Positions 56,404 through 64,000 of a DNA stretch of 64,000 nt are shown here, piece by piece (position 1 is the stretch's first letter; each line of letters opens with the position of its first letter). This stretch comes from a virus. Below the pieces are notes generated by a model. That model searched no databases, was not told where the DNA came from, and was given only the letters and a program-made list of their open reading frames with translations. The stretch lies in the IMG/VR virus record IMGVR_UViG_3300025407_001359. One strand, 5' to 3'. Position numbers and translations under genes: made by a program.

Positions 56404-56452
56404 CAAGATGCCGAATAGTTTGGGTCTTGTAAAACATTCGCTTAATAAAGGA
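56404..56452 (+). promoter_or_regulatory. Structured 5' leader (shared motif, copy 2)
   Basis: CAAGAU-G(bulge)-CCGAA-UAG-UUUGG-GUCUUG, then UUCGCUUAAUAAAGGA. Confidence 0.6.
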
Positions 56453-56460
56453 AAAATAAA

Positions 56461-56679
56461 ATGTTTAATTTCAAATCAGTAGTAGACCAGGCAGTAACAG
56501 CAACAAAGACACCTTTGACATACGTTGAAGACAAAGCCATCCGTGCTAACCTAGAAACTCTAGTGGACTCATATGCAGACTTTACTAAGACTGTGTACGA
56601 AACAAACTTAGAATTGGCTAAACAAGTGGTTGAAACTGTTAAGACCGTTGATTACACCAAGTTCTTCACAACTAAGTAA
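56461..56679 (+). CDS. Phasin-like small amphipathic helical protein
   Basis: 72-aa all-helical Ala/Thr/Val-rich sequence resembling PHA-granule phasins. Confidence 0.45.
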   Translation: MFNFKSVVDQAVTATKTPLTYVEDKAIRANLETLVDSYADFTKTVYETNLELAKQVVETVKTVDYTKFFTTK

Positions 56680-56703
56680 TCTGTTGTAAAAAAGCCACAC
56701 TCC

Positions 56704-56729
56704 AAAGCCCCAAAATATGGGGCTTTTTT
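56704..56729 (+). terminator. Intrinsic terminator
   Basis: AAAGCCCCA-AAATA-TGGGGCTTT plus TTT. Confidence 0.85.
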
Positions 56730-56745
56730 ACGGCCGCAATTTCGG

Positions 56746-56774
56746 TAGACCCAAAATTGCCAAAATGCTATACT
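56746..56774 (+). promoter_or_regulatory. Early sigma70-like promoter, conserved-spacer cassette copy 3
   Basis: TAGACC-CAAAATTGCCAAAATGC-TATACT. Confidence 0.75.
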
Positions 56775-56802
56775 AGCTCTACAGTACATAAAAGGAGCCG
56801 GA

Positions 56803-57132
56803 ATGAATCAAACAGATTTGGAAACTAAATCAGCAGGATCGTATGCGTATGCCGCGGCACGTGATGCTCGTATGCGTAACATTGTTGAATCTTCGCATTA
56901 TTCAGAACAGCAAAAAATTGCCGCAGATCGTATGGCTCTTGCATTAGAGTTGGTTTACTATGCTCGTGCTATTCACATCAACTATCGCAAAAAATTTATT
57001 GCAGTTAAAGTGGATCGTGCGTATGTAAAAAATCGTGAAAACTTACAGTACCTTGAAGCCGAGTACGAAGCATTGGGTTACAAAAAAGCCTCTAGCCCAC
57101 AAGGTGTCACTTATCGTATTCCAAAGGCTTAA
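56803..57132 (+). CDS. Hypothetical early protein
   Basis: AAGGAG RBS. Confidence 0.65.
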   Translation: MNQTDLETKSAGSYAYAAARDARMRNIVESSHYSEQQKIAADRMALALELVYYARAIHINYRKKFIAVKVDRAYVKNRENLQYLEAEYEALGYKKASSPQGVTYRIPKA

Positions 57133-57133
57133 T

Positions 57134-57664
57134 ATGTCAAATCGTATGCTGGCCATAATTGGCTGTAGTCTACTTGCCGTTCTGCTTGTTCGTCAAGAAG
57201 TTCGTATGGACATTCTAGAAGAAAAGATTGACGACGTGATTCAGGTCAAAGAGCATATCAAATATACCAAAACGGATGTAGAGTGTCTTACTCGGAATAT
57301 TTACTATGAGGCCGGCGTAGAATCCCAATTGGGAAAGTTTGCAGTAGCCCAAGTCACTATCAACCGACTTAAAACAGGCTATTGGGGCGACAGTATTTGT
57401 AAAGTGGTGTATGCTCGTAAACAGTTTTCGTGGACAATGGCTCGAAAATTACCACGTCCAGATAGTCGGTTATGGGCCGAATCTGAAGATATTGCTCGTA
57501 AAGTCTTGGCAGGACACCGTATTCGTGGATTGACAAAAAGTTTGTTTTACCACGCGATCTATATTCGAGATCCGCATTGGGTTGACCCGGCACACGAAGC
57601 AGGCCAAATTGGTAATCACGTGTTTTACAATCGTGCCCGAGGTAGCACGGTGGAACTGATTTGA
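57134..57664 (+). CDS. SleB-like cell-wall hydrolase, copy 2 (TM-anchored)
   Basis: CLTRNIYYEAGVE, VTINR, QFSW, LFYHA, IGNHVFY; ATG 57134. Confidence 0.9.
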   Translation: MSNRMLAIIGCSLLAVLLVRQEVRMDILEEKIDDVIQVKEHIKYTKTDVECLTRNIYYEAGVESQLGKFAVAQVTINRLKTGYWGDSICKVVYARKQFSWTMARKLPRPDSRLWAESEDIARKVLAGHRIRGLTKSLFYHAIYIRDPHWVDPAHEAGQIGNHVFYNRARGSTVELI

Positions 57665-57721
57665 CTAGAATATGTTAAAATGTTATAGTGTAGTGTCTTT
57701 AATTTTATAAAAGGTGACCGT

Positions 57722-57955
57722 ATGGAAGAAAATAAGAAAAAGTTTCTTGTTAGTAATTGTTTTTGGCCCAAAAGAGAATTCAATCCTGCCAGTGCTGAAG
57801 ATTTGAAAATATATCAAAATTTTGTAACCGAAAGCAAATGGGCCAAGGGCTGTCCGTTCATTGTGGAATGGCCATATCTCAATGTGGTTGATACTATCAA
57901 ACAAAAAATTATCAACTACCATCTTGCTAGACTTATTGCGATTGCCGAAAAGTAA
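57722..57955 (+). CDS. Hypothetical protein
   Basis: AAGGTG RBS; promoter TTGACT-17-TATAGT at 57661. Confidence 0.6.
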   Translation: MEENKKKFLVSNCFWPKREFNPASAEDLKIYQNFVTESKWAKGCPFIVEWPYLNVVDTIKQKIINYHLARLIAIAEK

Positions 57956-58242
57956 TGAAATATTCAGTTGCCATCGTTGTGCTGTCGTTGGTAGGTTGTG
58001 CAAACAACCCATATCGATCGGCTACCTACGAGCAATTGGATGCAGTCAAGGTAACCAATCAAGATTGTGCCAGGATAGACCGGCACGTGAATTTTCTTGA
58101 AGAGCAGTTGCGTATGAAGGGCTTGTCAAACGCCGAACCCGAACAGCTTGCAGATGCGGATCGCAAGTATAACGCTACTGTACGATCAATGATCTGGAGC
58201 CTGCGTATAGGTTGCAGTAACCCTGACAGGTACAAATCGTGA
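57955..58242 (+). CDS. Lipoprotein
   Basis: Lipobox LVGC; TAATG coupling. Confidence 0.7.
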   Translation: MKYSVAIVVLSLVGCANNPYRSATYEQLDAVKVTNQDCARIDRHVNFLEEQLRMKGLSNAEPEQLADADRKYNATVRSMIWSLRIGCSNPDRYKS

Positions 58243-58802
58243 AACGTGCCTTGATTGTTGGGTTGGTTTTGGTAAGTTCTACAGCCCTAGCAGACTGTTA
58301 TACAAGATCTACCATTCGTATGACCAGACAGACAGTTGAAGCCGGCCCAACTGACGTACAACGACTGGCAACACCAGATGCTGGTGGATTCAAATGCACA
58401 GTTAGATATCGTGTGAACATTGGCGGCGACTGGCACACAGCAGAAGGATCGGCTGTGGGCCGTACTGAATCAGAAAGTTGCACTCGTGCAATGGACATAG
58501 GACAAGGTCGGGTATTGAGTGAAATTGAACCCAAATCGGTCAGTGCAGATATGCAAATGGTATGCAGTGACTTGCCCGAAATTCGAGTACGTCCAGTACA
58601 CATTGGTGAAACTGTATGGGAAAGTGAAACGGACCTGCACAGTAATCCACAAGAGCGCAGGTATTTTTGGTACAAGCGAACCAAATGTCGCCTGTTCCAG
58701 GAACGTGATCCCAGGGATCGTAACCTGATAGTGTACCAAGGTGTAGTTTGTCAGGCTGATGGATCACCCAATTCGAAATGGCGAGTGATTGACAAATTTT
58801 AG
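58239..58802 (+). CDS. Secreted Cys-rich protein
   Basis: Signal MKRALIVGLVLVSSTALA; six Cys. Confidence 0.65.
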   Translation: MKRALIVGLVLVSSTALADCYTRSTIRMTRQTVEAGPTDVQRLATPDAGGFKCTVRYRVNIGGDWHTAEGSAVGRTESESCTRAMDIGQGRVLSEIEPKSVSADMQMVCSDLPEIRVRPVHIGETVWESETDLHSNPQERRYFWYKRTKCRLFQERDPRDRNLIVYQGVVCQADGSPNSKWRVIDKF

Positions 58803-58851
58803 CCATAATGTTAAACTGTAGTTATTGTAATTCAACCACAAGAGGTGTAAT

Positions 58852-59586
58852 ATGAAGAAGTTAGCAATCGTAGTAGCAGTAGCAGGTTTATTGAGTGCCT
58901 GTGGTACAACCGGTCAATACTCAAAAAACGATGCTTATGCTAATCCGCAGACTGCTAGCAATATGAAGTCGGCTATTAGTGAAGCGCCGGAGTGGATGAG
59001 CAAGTTGCCTAAGAGTGCAAATGCTGTGTATGAAAATGGTACAGCTACCTCAGGTGACTTCGGTATGGCAGATCTCAAAGCTAAAACTATTGCCTACAGC
59101 AAAATTTGTACAGCCGCTGGCGGCAAGGTTCGTAGCCAGACCAAAGTGTTTATGAGTGACAACGGAACTACCAGCACTGAACAGAGCGAAACAGCTATCC
59201 GTAGCATCTGTGCAGACATTGACATTACCGGTGTAGAAACTGTAGAGATGAAACACGTGGCCGAAGGCAATCGTATTCGTACCTATGTGCTAGTTGCACT
59301 ACCAATGGGCGGTGCCAATGTGATGAAGTCCAGCAAAGAAACAATGCGTAACAGCAAAGAAGCATTCCGCGAACTGGATGAAATTACCGGCAACAAGCCG
59401 GTTGGTGAAAGCGAAGTTGCTCCGGTCGCTGTACAAAAAGGTCCCGAAGTCAGTGTAGTTCGTCCCGACGGTACCAGTGGTACTCTTAACCTAATGCCAG
59501 TAGAAAACGCTGAGTACAAAGCACGTCGCGAAGAAGCCCTTAAAAAGCCCGGTGCTGTGGTAGGACAAGTTACAATCAATAACTAA
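58852..59586 (+). CDS. Lipoprotein (LPP20-like)
   Basis: Lipobox LSAC; APEWM, GTATS...ADLKA; GAGGTG RBS; promoter TTGACA-17-TAAACT at 58789. Confidence 0.65.
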   Translation: MKKLAIVVAVAGLLSACGTTGQYSKNDAYANPQTASNMKSAISEAPEWMSKLPKSANAVYENGTATSGDFGMADLKAKTIAYSKICTAAGGKVRSQTKVFMSDNGTTSTEQSETAIRSICADIDITGVETVEMKHVAEGNRIRTYVLVALPMGGANVMKSSKETMRNSKEAFRELDEITGNKPVGESEVAPVAVQKGPEVSVVRPDGTSGTLNLMPVENAEYKARREEALKKPGAVVGQVTINN

Positions 59587-59661
59587 GCCGTTAATGATGT
59601 AATAAAGTAGTAATAATGCTCTCCTAGGGTATATTATAAATACCTTAGCGAGGGCATTTCT

Positions 59662-60150
59662 ATGGCAAGACCAAATCCCATTAGAGCAATTATGGAAGCT
59701 CCACTTCCGGGCATTACGTATCAACGTAGGCTACAGTTCCGTCCTAGCTACGAAGATATAAACTACGTATATAATATCTGCAATCGATACCTGTTTGACA
59801 ACCGATTACGCAAGCCGGTAATTACACAGGGCAGTCGACGCCAAACCTGGGGATTTTGTCAGTGGGAAGATGACTACGACGATACCGGTAGTTATTGTAC
59901 TATTAAGATTATGGACAAATGGTTTTGCCCACAGTGGTTTATACAAACTCTGGCCCACGAAATGGTGCACCAGTACCAATGGGACATACACCGCTTTGAA
60001 TATCACGGCGGTAAAATGAACAAACGCAGCGGCGCTCACGGCCCAGACTTCTTTATGTGGCGTGAACGCTTTGATTACTATGGCCTACACCTGAAACAAT
60101 GGTACGGACAAAAGCGTTGGTTCAAACACCAAGATTTCCGCAAGTGTTGA
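59662..60150 (+). CDS. SprT-like zinc metalloprotein
   Basis: TLAHEMVHQYQ, HGPDF; TATAAATA at 59635. Confidence 0.8.
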   Translation: MARPNPIRAIMEAPLPGITYQRRLQFRPSYEDINYVYNICNRYLFDNRLRKPVITQGSRRQTWGFCQWEDDYDDTGSYCTIKIMDKWFCPQWFIQTLAHEMVHQYQWDIHRFEYHGGKMNKRSGAHGPDFFMWRERFDYYGLHLKQWYGQKRWFKHQDFRKC

Positions 60151-60203
60151 CATCTTAACACAAATCTAGTACACTACTACAAATAACCAATCAAAGAGGA
60201 ATT

Positions 60204-60794
60204 ATGCCTAATCTAGTACCTATTGTTCTCGAAAAAACCGCCAATGGCGAACGTTCATACGACATATACTCACGACTGTTAAAAGACCGCATTGTGATGC
60301 TGGATACCGAAGTAAACGAGCACACTTCTAGTCTACTGGTAGCACAGTTGTTATTTTTAGAAAGCGAAAATCCCGATGCAGACATCCTATTCTACATTAA
60401 TAGCCCCGGTGGTAGCGTTACAGCAGGTATGGCGATATACGATACACTACAGTTTATCAAGCCTGATGTCAGCACCATTGTGATGGGGCAGGCTTGCAGT
60501 ATGGGCAGTCTACTGAGTACAGCCGGAGCTGCAGGCAAACGATTCATACTGCCACACGCTCGTCATATGATTCACCAACCGTCGGGCGGGGCTCGTGGAC
60601 AAGCAACCGATATTCAGATCCAAGCACAAGAAATCTTGAAAATGAAACATTACTTGACCGAAATTTATGTCAAGCACAACTCTGCAGGCAAAACCTACGA
60701 CGAATTTGCAGCCGATATGGAACGAGACTTCTTTATGAATGCCGAAGAAGCAGTAGCATACGGTTTGGTAGACCGGATCATCACAAAACGGTAA
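60204..60794 (+). CDS. clpP: ClpP protease subunit
   Basis: [26 protein letters not shown] (Ser), MIHQP (His), ERD (Asp); promoter TTGACA-17-TACACT at 60147. Confidence 0.96.
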   Translation: MPNLVPIVLEKTANGERSYDIYSRLLKDRIVMLDTEVNEHTSSLLVAQLLFLESENPDADILFYINSPGGSVTAGMAIYDTLQFIKPDVSTIVMGQACSMGSLLSTAGAAGKRFILPHARHMIHQPSGGARGQATDIQIQAQEILKMKHYLTEIYVKHNSAGKTYDEFAADMERDFFMNAEEAVAYGLVDRIITKR

Positions 60795-60822
60795 AACGGT
60801 CACAAAAGTTTAATATAATTTG

Positions 60823-60851
60823 TTGCATTGCGTGATAAATATCAGTATAAT
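60823..60851 (+). promoter_or_regulatory. sigma70-like promoter with embedded late box and TGC-rich sequence
   Basis: TTGCAT-17-TATAAT; TAAATA at 60836. Confidence 0.6.
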
Positions 60852-60899
60852 CACTAATAGTACAAACACTAATGATTATACTCGAAAGGAAGTCACACA

Positions 60900-61064
60900 A
60901 TGACAACAATTATACAAAAACTTATCCAGTTTTTTAACTTCACAGGATCAGTAAGCTCTGATCTAGATTCTTACATTACCAGCAAGAATCCACAAAACGT
61001 AGCCGATGTTGAGCGCCTGACTGTTCAATACTTGAGCCGTGGCATCTGCGGGAGAACCGTATAA
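60900..61064 (+). CDS. Small protein, 54 aa (DUF3563-like; not in ORF track)
   Basis: AAGGAAG RBS; MTTIIQKLIQFFNFTGSVSSDLDSYITSKNPQNVADVERLTVQYLSRGICGRTV. Confidence 0.6.
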   Translation: MTTIIQKLIQFFNFTGSVSSDLDSYITSKNPQNVADVERLTVQYLSRGICGRTV

Positions 61065-61153
61065 TGCTATTGCTAATTTCAAAAATCGCCGAATTCCTAA
61101 ACAAGTACGCAGGTAAAACTTGCCGTCACGACTCCTATCTAGGAGGCCTATGA
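61064..61153 (+). CDS. Micro-ORF, 29 aa (not in ORF track)
   Basis: TAATG overlap upstream and ATGA overlap downstream; MLLLISKIAEFLNKYAGKTCRHDSYLGGL. Confidence 0.4.
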   Translation: MLLLISKIAEFLNKYAGKTCRHDSYLGGL

Positions 61154-61245
61154 TGCGTAAACTTCTAGCAGAGATATACGAAGCAATTCGTTTGGTACAA
61201 GAAGTTCGTGCGGCAGCCATCAAACAAGGTCACTACTGGTACTAA
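61150..61245 (+). CDS. Micro-ORF, 31 aa (not in ORF track)
   Basis: AGGAGG RBS; MMRKLLAEIYEAIRLVQEVRAAAIKQGHYWY. Confidence 0.55.
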   Translation: MMRKLLAEIYEAIRLVQEVRAAAIKQGHYWY

Positions 61246-61246
61246 A

Positions 61247-61801
61247 ATGATCATCACTGAATTTTTACCTTGCACTAAATTCAACAAATATGGTGATTGG
61301 CTAAAAAGTCAGAATGACGAAACCAAAGAGTTGTATTTTGGTACAGCCAGCAACGACAACATCATTGACAGTCTAATAGATCGTATCAGCTCCTCATCCA
61401 ACAATCACTATATTCTAGTGGCACGAAATCGCAAAAAATGGGTCGGCACCTTACACATTGCTGTCAGTGGCAAACAGGTAGAATTTGGTGTTATAGTTGC
61501 ACCCGAATATCGTGGCCAAGGCATTGCCAACATCATGTTGGAGCAGGCCTTGATTTGGGCACGTAATCGTGGTTACCGAGAACTGTTTATGCATTGCCTG
61601 GGATGGAACAAGCCAATTCAACACTTGTGCCAAAAACACGGGTTAAAACCCCGCAGTATGTACGGTGATAGCGAAGTGCAAATTGATTTGGATCCTGCCA
61701 GCTGGACCACAGTGGTCAAAGAAATGGGCATTCAGCAACGCAACATATTCCATACTTGGTTGCAAAACTACACCTGGATGTATCAAGAAATTTACGGCTA
61801 A
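61247..61801 (+). CDS. GNAT-family acetyltransferase
   Basis: VAPEYRGQGIA (acetyl-CoA motif A), N.PIQHL..KHG; ATG 61247. Confidence 0.85.
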   Translation: MIITEFLPCTKFNKYGDWLKSQNDETKELYFGTASNDNIIDSLIDRISSSSNNHYILVARNRKKWVGTLHIAVSGKQVEFGVIVAPEYRGQGIANIMLEQALIWARNRGYRELFMHCLGWNKPIQHLCQKHGLKPRSMYGDSEVQIDLDPASWTTVVKEMGIQQRNIFHTWLQNYTWMYQEIYG

Positions 61802-61843
61802 CAGCTGATCCTTGTTAAATAATACACAAGGAGATTTTCAACT

Positions 61844-62677
61844 ATGAAAAAACTATTAGCAATTTTAACTTTTGCTGTTGCAGGCTTAACAGCAACAACA
61901 GCCAGTGCTTGGACACAGCGTCAGCCATTCCCGGTACAAAACTGTCAAGTACACGCACCTTACGGTTTTCCACAGTCAGCACGTCAGCTACAACCCTTAT
62001 GCCAACAGGCATATTTGGTAGGTTACGATGCAGCTGCCAAGTTACCTAACTATGTGATGTATGAGCTACTGCCACAGAACGCACTAGGCTGTGTGGCACG
62101 TACCAACGCATTTGCTGCCAACCAATTTGTACCTAACGGTGCTACCCCAGCTGACTATGCTGGTACCGGTTACGACAAAGGTCATATGGCACCAGACGGC
62201 GACTTAAGTTGGGATCCGCAAGTTGAGTACGAAAGTTTTTTAATGACAAATATGTCACCACAAGCCGGTTCTTTAAATCGCGGAATTTGGAAATTGTTGG
62301 AGACTTCTGTCCGCGGATGGTCAGTCCAGAGAAATCAGAGCTACACAGTTATTGCGGGCGGTTTGTATGGTCCTGGCGATAAAACCATTGGTAAAGGTGT
62401 AGTTGTACCACACGGTTTCTACAAAATTGTTATCAACAATCAAACCAAAGAATATGCAGGCTGGGGTTTTCCACACACAGCACCATATCCTAACTTGGGC
62501 AACGATTTGACCAAGTTCCGTGTTCCTGTTGCTACAATTATGCAGGACGCAGGTGTTAAGTTTGCATTGCCACAAGGCGGTGTTGAACTACAGCCCGGCA
62601 AAGAATGGCCAGTGGACTTTGGTGCATTGACCAATGCAAAACGTGCCAAGTGTGGCGCTAACGCTTCTACAGACTAA
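61844..62677 (+). CDS. Secreted DNA/RNA non-specific endonuclease (NucA/EndoG family)
   Basis: Signal peptide; YDKGHMAP, NMSPQ..LNRGIW..LE, VPHGFYKIV. Confidence 0.93.
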   Translation: MKKLLAILTFAVAGLTATTASAWTQRQPFPVQNCQVHAPYGFPQSARQLQPLCQQAYLVGYDAAAKLPNYVMYELLPQNALGCVARTNAFAANQFVPNGATPADYAGTGYDKGHMAPDGDLSWDPQVEYESFLMTNMSPQAGSLNRGIWKLLETSVRGWSVQRNQSYTVIAGGLYGPGDKTIGKGVVVPHGFYKIVINNQTKEYAGWGFPHTAPYPNLGNDLTKFRVPVATIMQDAGVKFALPQGGVELQPGKEWPVDFGALTNAKRAKCGANASTD

Positions 62678-62699
62678 TCAACTAACCATTGATAAATAC

Positions 62700-62726
62700 T
62701 AGGGTAAGGCAACTTACCCTATTTTT
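62700..62726 (+). terminator. Intrinsic terminator with GNRA loop, directly after a late box
   Basis: TAGGGTAAG-GCAA-CTTACCCTA plus TTTTT; TAAATA at 62693. Confidence 0.75.
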
Positions 62727-62737
62727 ATGAGTGCATA

Positions 62738-63193
62738 ATGCGATTTAGTGATTTCCAACAACCAAGAAAATTAATCCCAGGAAATATTCCACGAAAATAT
62801 TCTAGCGGTGGTTTTACTTTTAACTTTGATCCAGCCACAAAAGTTATTTCGGTTACCTATGGCGGCAAACGTATAGGTAAGTTCAATTATAAAGGTCTTG
62901 GTATAAACGATTATCAAAATGTTACCGACAGAATCATAAGACAATTTAGCCACTATCAACAAAAAAAGATAGATGCTATAAACGCAAAAAAACAACCATA
63001 TAACCATCCGATACAACCAAATTACACTGATCAAAATAGTTACAACATAGCTTTGCCCGGTGATATTCAAAGCCAGATATTTCAGCAACACGACGTAGAT
63101 ACAGCACAACATGGTGATGTTGATGTAGTAAATCCAGGCAAATGGAGTGCTATAAGAAAAAGACAAAAACAGCAAGATCAAAATGAGATATAA
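62738..63193 (+). CDS. Hypothetical protein (AT-rich gene)
   Basis: 151-aa ORF, MRFSDF N-terminus. Confidence 0.55.
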   Translation: MRFSDFQQPRKLIPGNIPRKYSSGGFTFNFDPATKVISVTYGGKRIGKFNYKGLGINDYQNVTDRIIRQFSHYQQKKIDAINAKKQPYNHPIQPNYTDQNSYNIALPGDIQSQIFQQHDVDTAQHGDVDVVNPGKWSAIRKRQKQQDQNEI

Positions 63194-64000
63194 ACAGCTA
63201 CTATCCGAACAACAGTTAGACGAAATTCGTATGAGTCCCGGCTCGTTACGAGCATTTGCTGCCAGCCCCGAAGCTCGAGGAATTATGGCCGGTTTTGAAG
63301 CTGAACTGGTATTTACAGGCCTAGGTGGCGAACCTGAATACGATCAAGATCCCGAACCTGACTACGATGCCGACGAGCGTTGCAGCAGTCTTGATCAGGT
63401 AGTAGAATTTTTCCAAAACGACGAATACGGCTGGGGATTGAGTGATCGTCAAGCTAATCGTTTACGTGAAGATCTAGATGAAAAATACTACGAGTGGTAT
63501 GATTCACAACTGTATGATTCCTGGCGCGACCAACGCGATGACCTGATCAAAGATGCCTGGTTAGAAGAAAAACCTTGGAGTGAGCGCATACACGCCGCCT
63601 TGGTTGATGGACTAGAACTTAGTGACGAACAAGCCGACGCTGTTCAAGCATTGCACGACCGTAGAGAAAAGGGCGAGATCAAAGGTTCAGAAATGAATGA
63701 TACCGAGCTAGAAATGATCAGCCAATACAGCGAAGCTCGTAGCATTGCCGAAGATATTTTAAACGACGATGTTGAACAGACCCTGGACAAAGAAGACGGC
63801 TTCTATGATGAAGTATTAGACCAATTTCGTAACGACTTTTACATTGACGATGACTCGGGTTTCTTCAGTGATGTAGGACTGCGCTGGCTGAGCGACGTGG
63901 CCAACGAATACGATTTGACGTGGCCGGTGGTCACTTACACCGGCAGTAGCAGCGAAGGCGGTTGGAGTGATGAAAATGCCGAACGCTTGGCTGACGACCT
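63183..64000 (+). CDS. Large acidic protein, 3' end outside window; possibly amidoligase-like (not in ORF track)
   Basis: ATG 63183, open to window end: MRYKQLLSEQQLDEIRMSPGSL...AGFEAELVF; GxExE resembles the amidoligase/GCS-fold first motif. Confidence 0.6.
   Translation, partial: MRYKQLLSEQQLDEIRMSPGSLRAFAASPEARGIMAGFEAELVFTGLGGEPEYDQDPEPDYDADERCSSLDQVVEFFQNDEYGWGLSDRQANRLREDLDEKYYEWYDSQLYDSWRDQRDDLIKDAWLEEKPWSERIHAALVDGLELSDEQADAVQALHDRREKGEIKGSEMNDTELEMISQYSEARSIAEDILNDDVEQTLDKEDGFYDEVLDQFRNDFYIDDDSGFFSDVGLRWLSDVANEYDLTWPVVTYTGSSSEGGWSDENAERLADD

Noticed and set aside
817-62649. Many antisense or alternate-frame ORFs in the track (e.g. 1542-1964, 5220-5636, 11008-11499, 19882-20328, 41284-41808, 54003-54398)
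   Set aside because: Fully nested in well-supported genes, no RBS or recognisable motif; shadow ORFs
1-64000. tRNA, rRNA, tmRNA or CRISPR array
   Set aside because: No cloverleaf with T-loop GTTCRA in intergenic space and no regularly spaced repeats seen by eye; tRNAscan-SE and a CRISPR finder would be decisive
1-64000. Stop-codon reassignment as in some jumbo phages
   Set aside because: Conserved genes are full length in code 11, and TAA, TAG and TGA all terminate genes

Overview
A 64-kb, ~42% GC (by eye) slice of a large T4-like/jumbo tailed-phage genome. It is densely coding, mostly on the + strand, and uses the standard genetic code. Core phage functions: DnaB/gp41-type helicase C-terminus, PD-(D/E)XK exonuclease, class Ia RNR (nrdA, nrdB, glutaredoxin), PAAR, tail/baseplate proteins, two SleB-type cell-wall hydrolases and a UvsE endonuclease. 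About 30 TAAATA late-promoter boxes sit in front of genes. Host-type genes include iscU/iscA, rpsU (bS21), hsp20, clpS, clpP, rimK, a fatty-acid desaturase and a phasin-like ORF; these suggest a proteobacterial, possibly Burkholderiales, host (inference). Two accessory systems stand out. (1) A curli-like operon: CsgF, CsgG-SH3, a curlin-repeat subunit, a FecR-domain protein and a PA14-curlin fusion, with a CHASE2 adenylate cyclase nearby. (2) A PlcP-like phospholipase C plus an Agt-like GT4 glycosyltransferase, the bacterial phosphate-starvation lipid-remodelling pair, with a Pho-box-like element upstream and a UDP-glucose dehydrogenase and desaturase elsewhere in the window. Also present: an amidinotransferase/sugar-modification cluster, a prodomain-less sedolisin with a tail-fibre-type C-terminus, a covarying RNA leader shared by hsp20 and the phasin-like gene, candidate sRNAs, a repeated early-promoter cassette, and a shared N-terminal motif resembling the T4 capsid-targeting sequence. 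No tRNA, rRNA or CRISPR array was seen. All family calls come from motif recognition by eye, not database searches.
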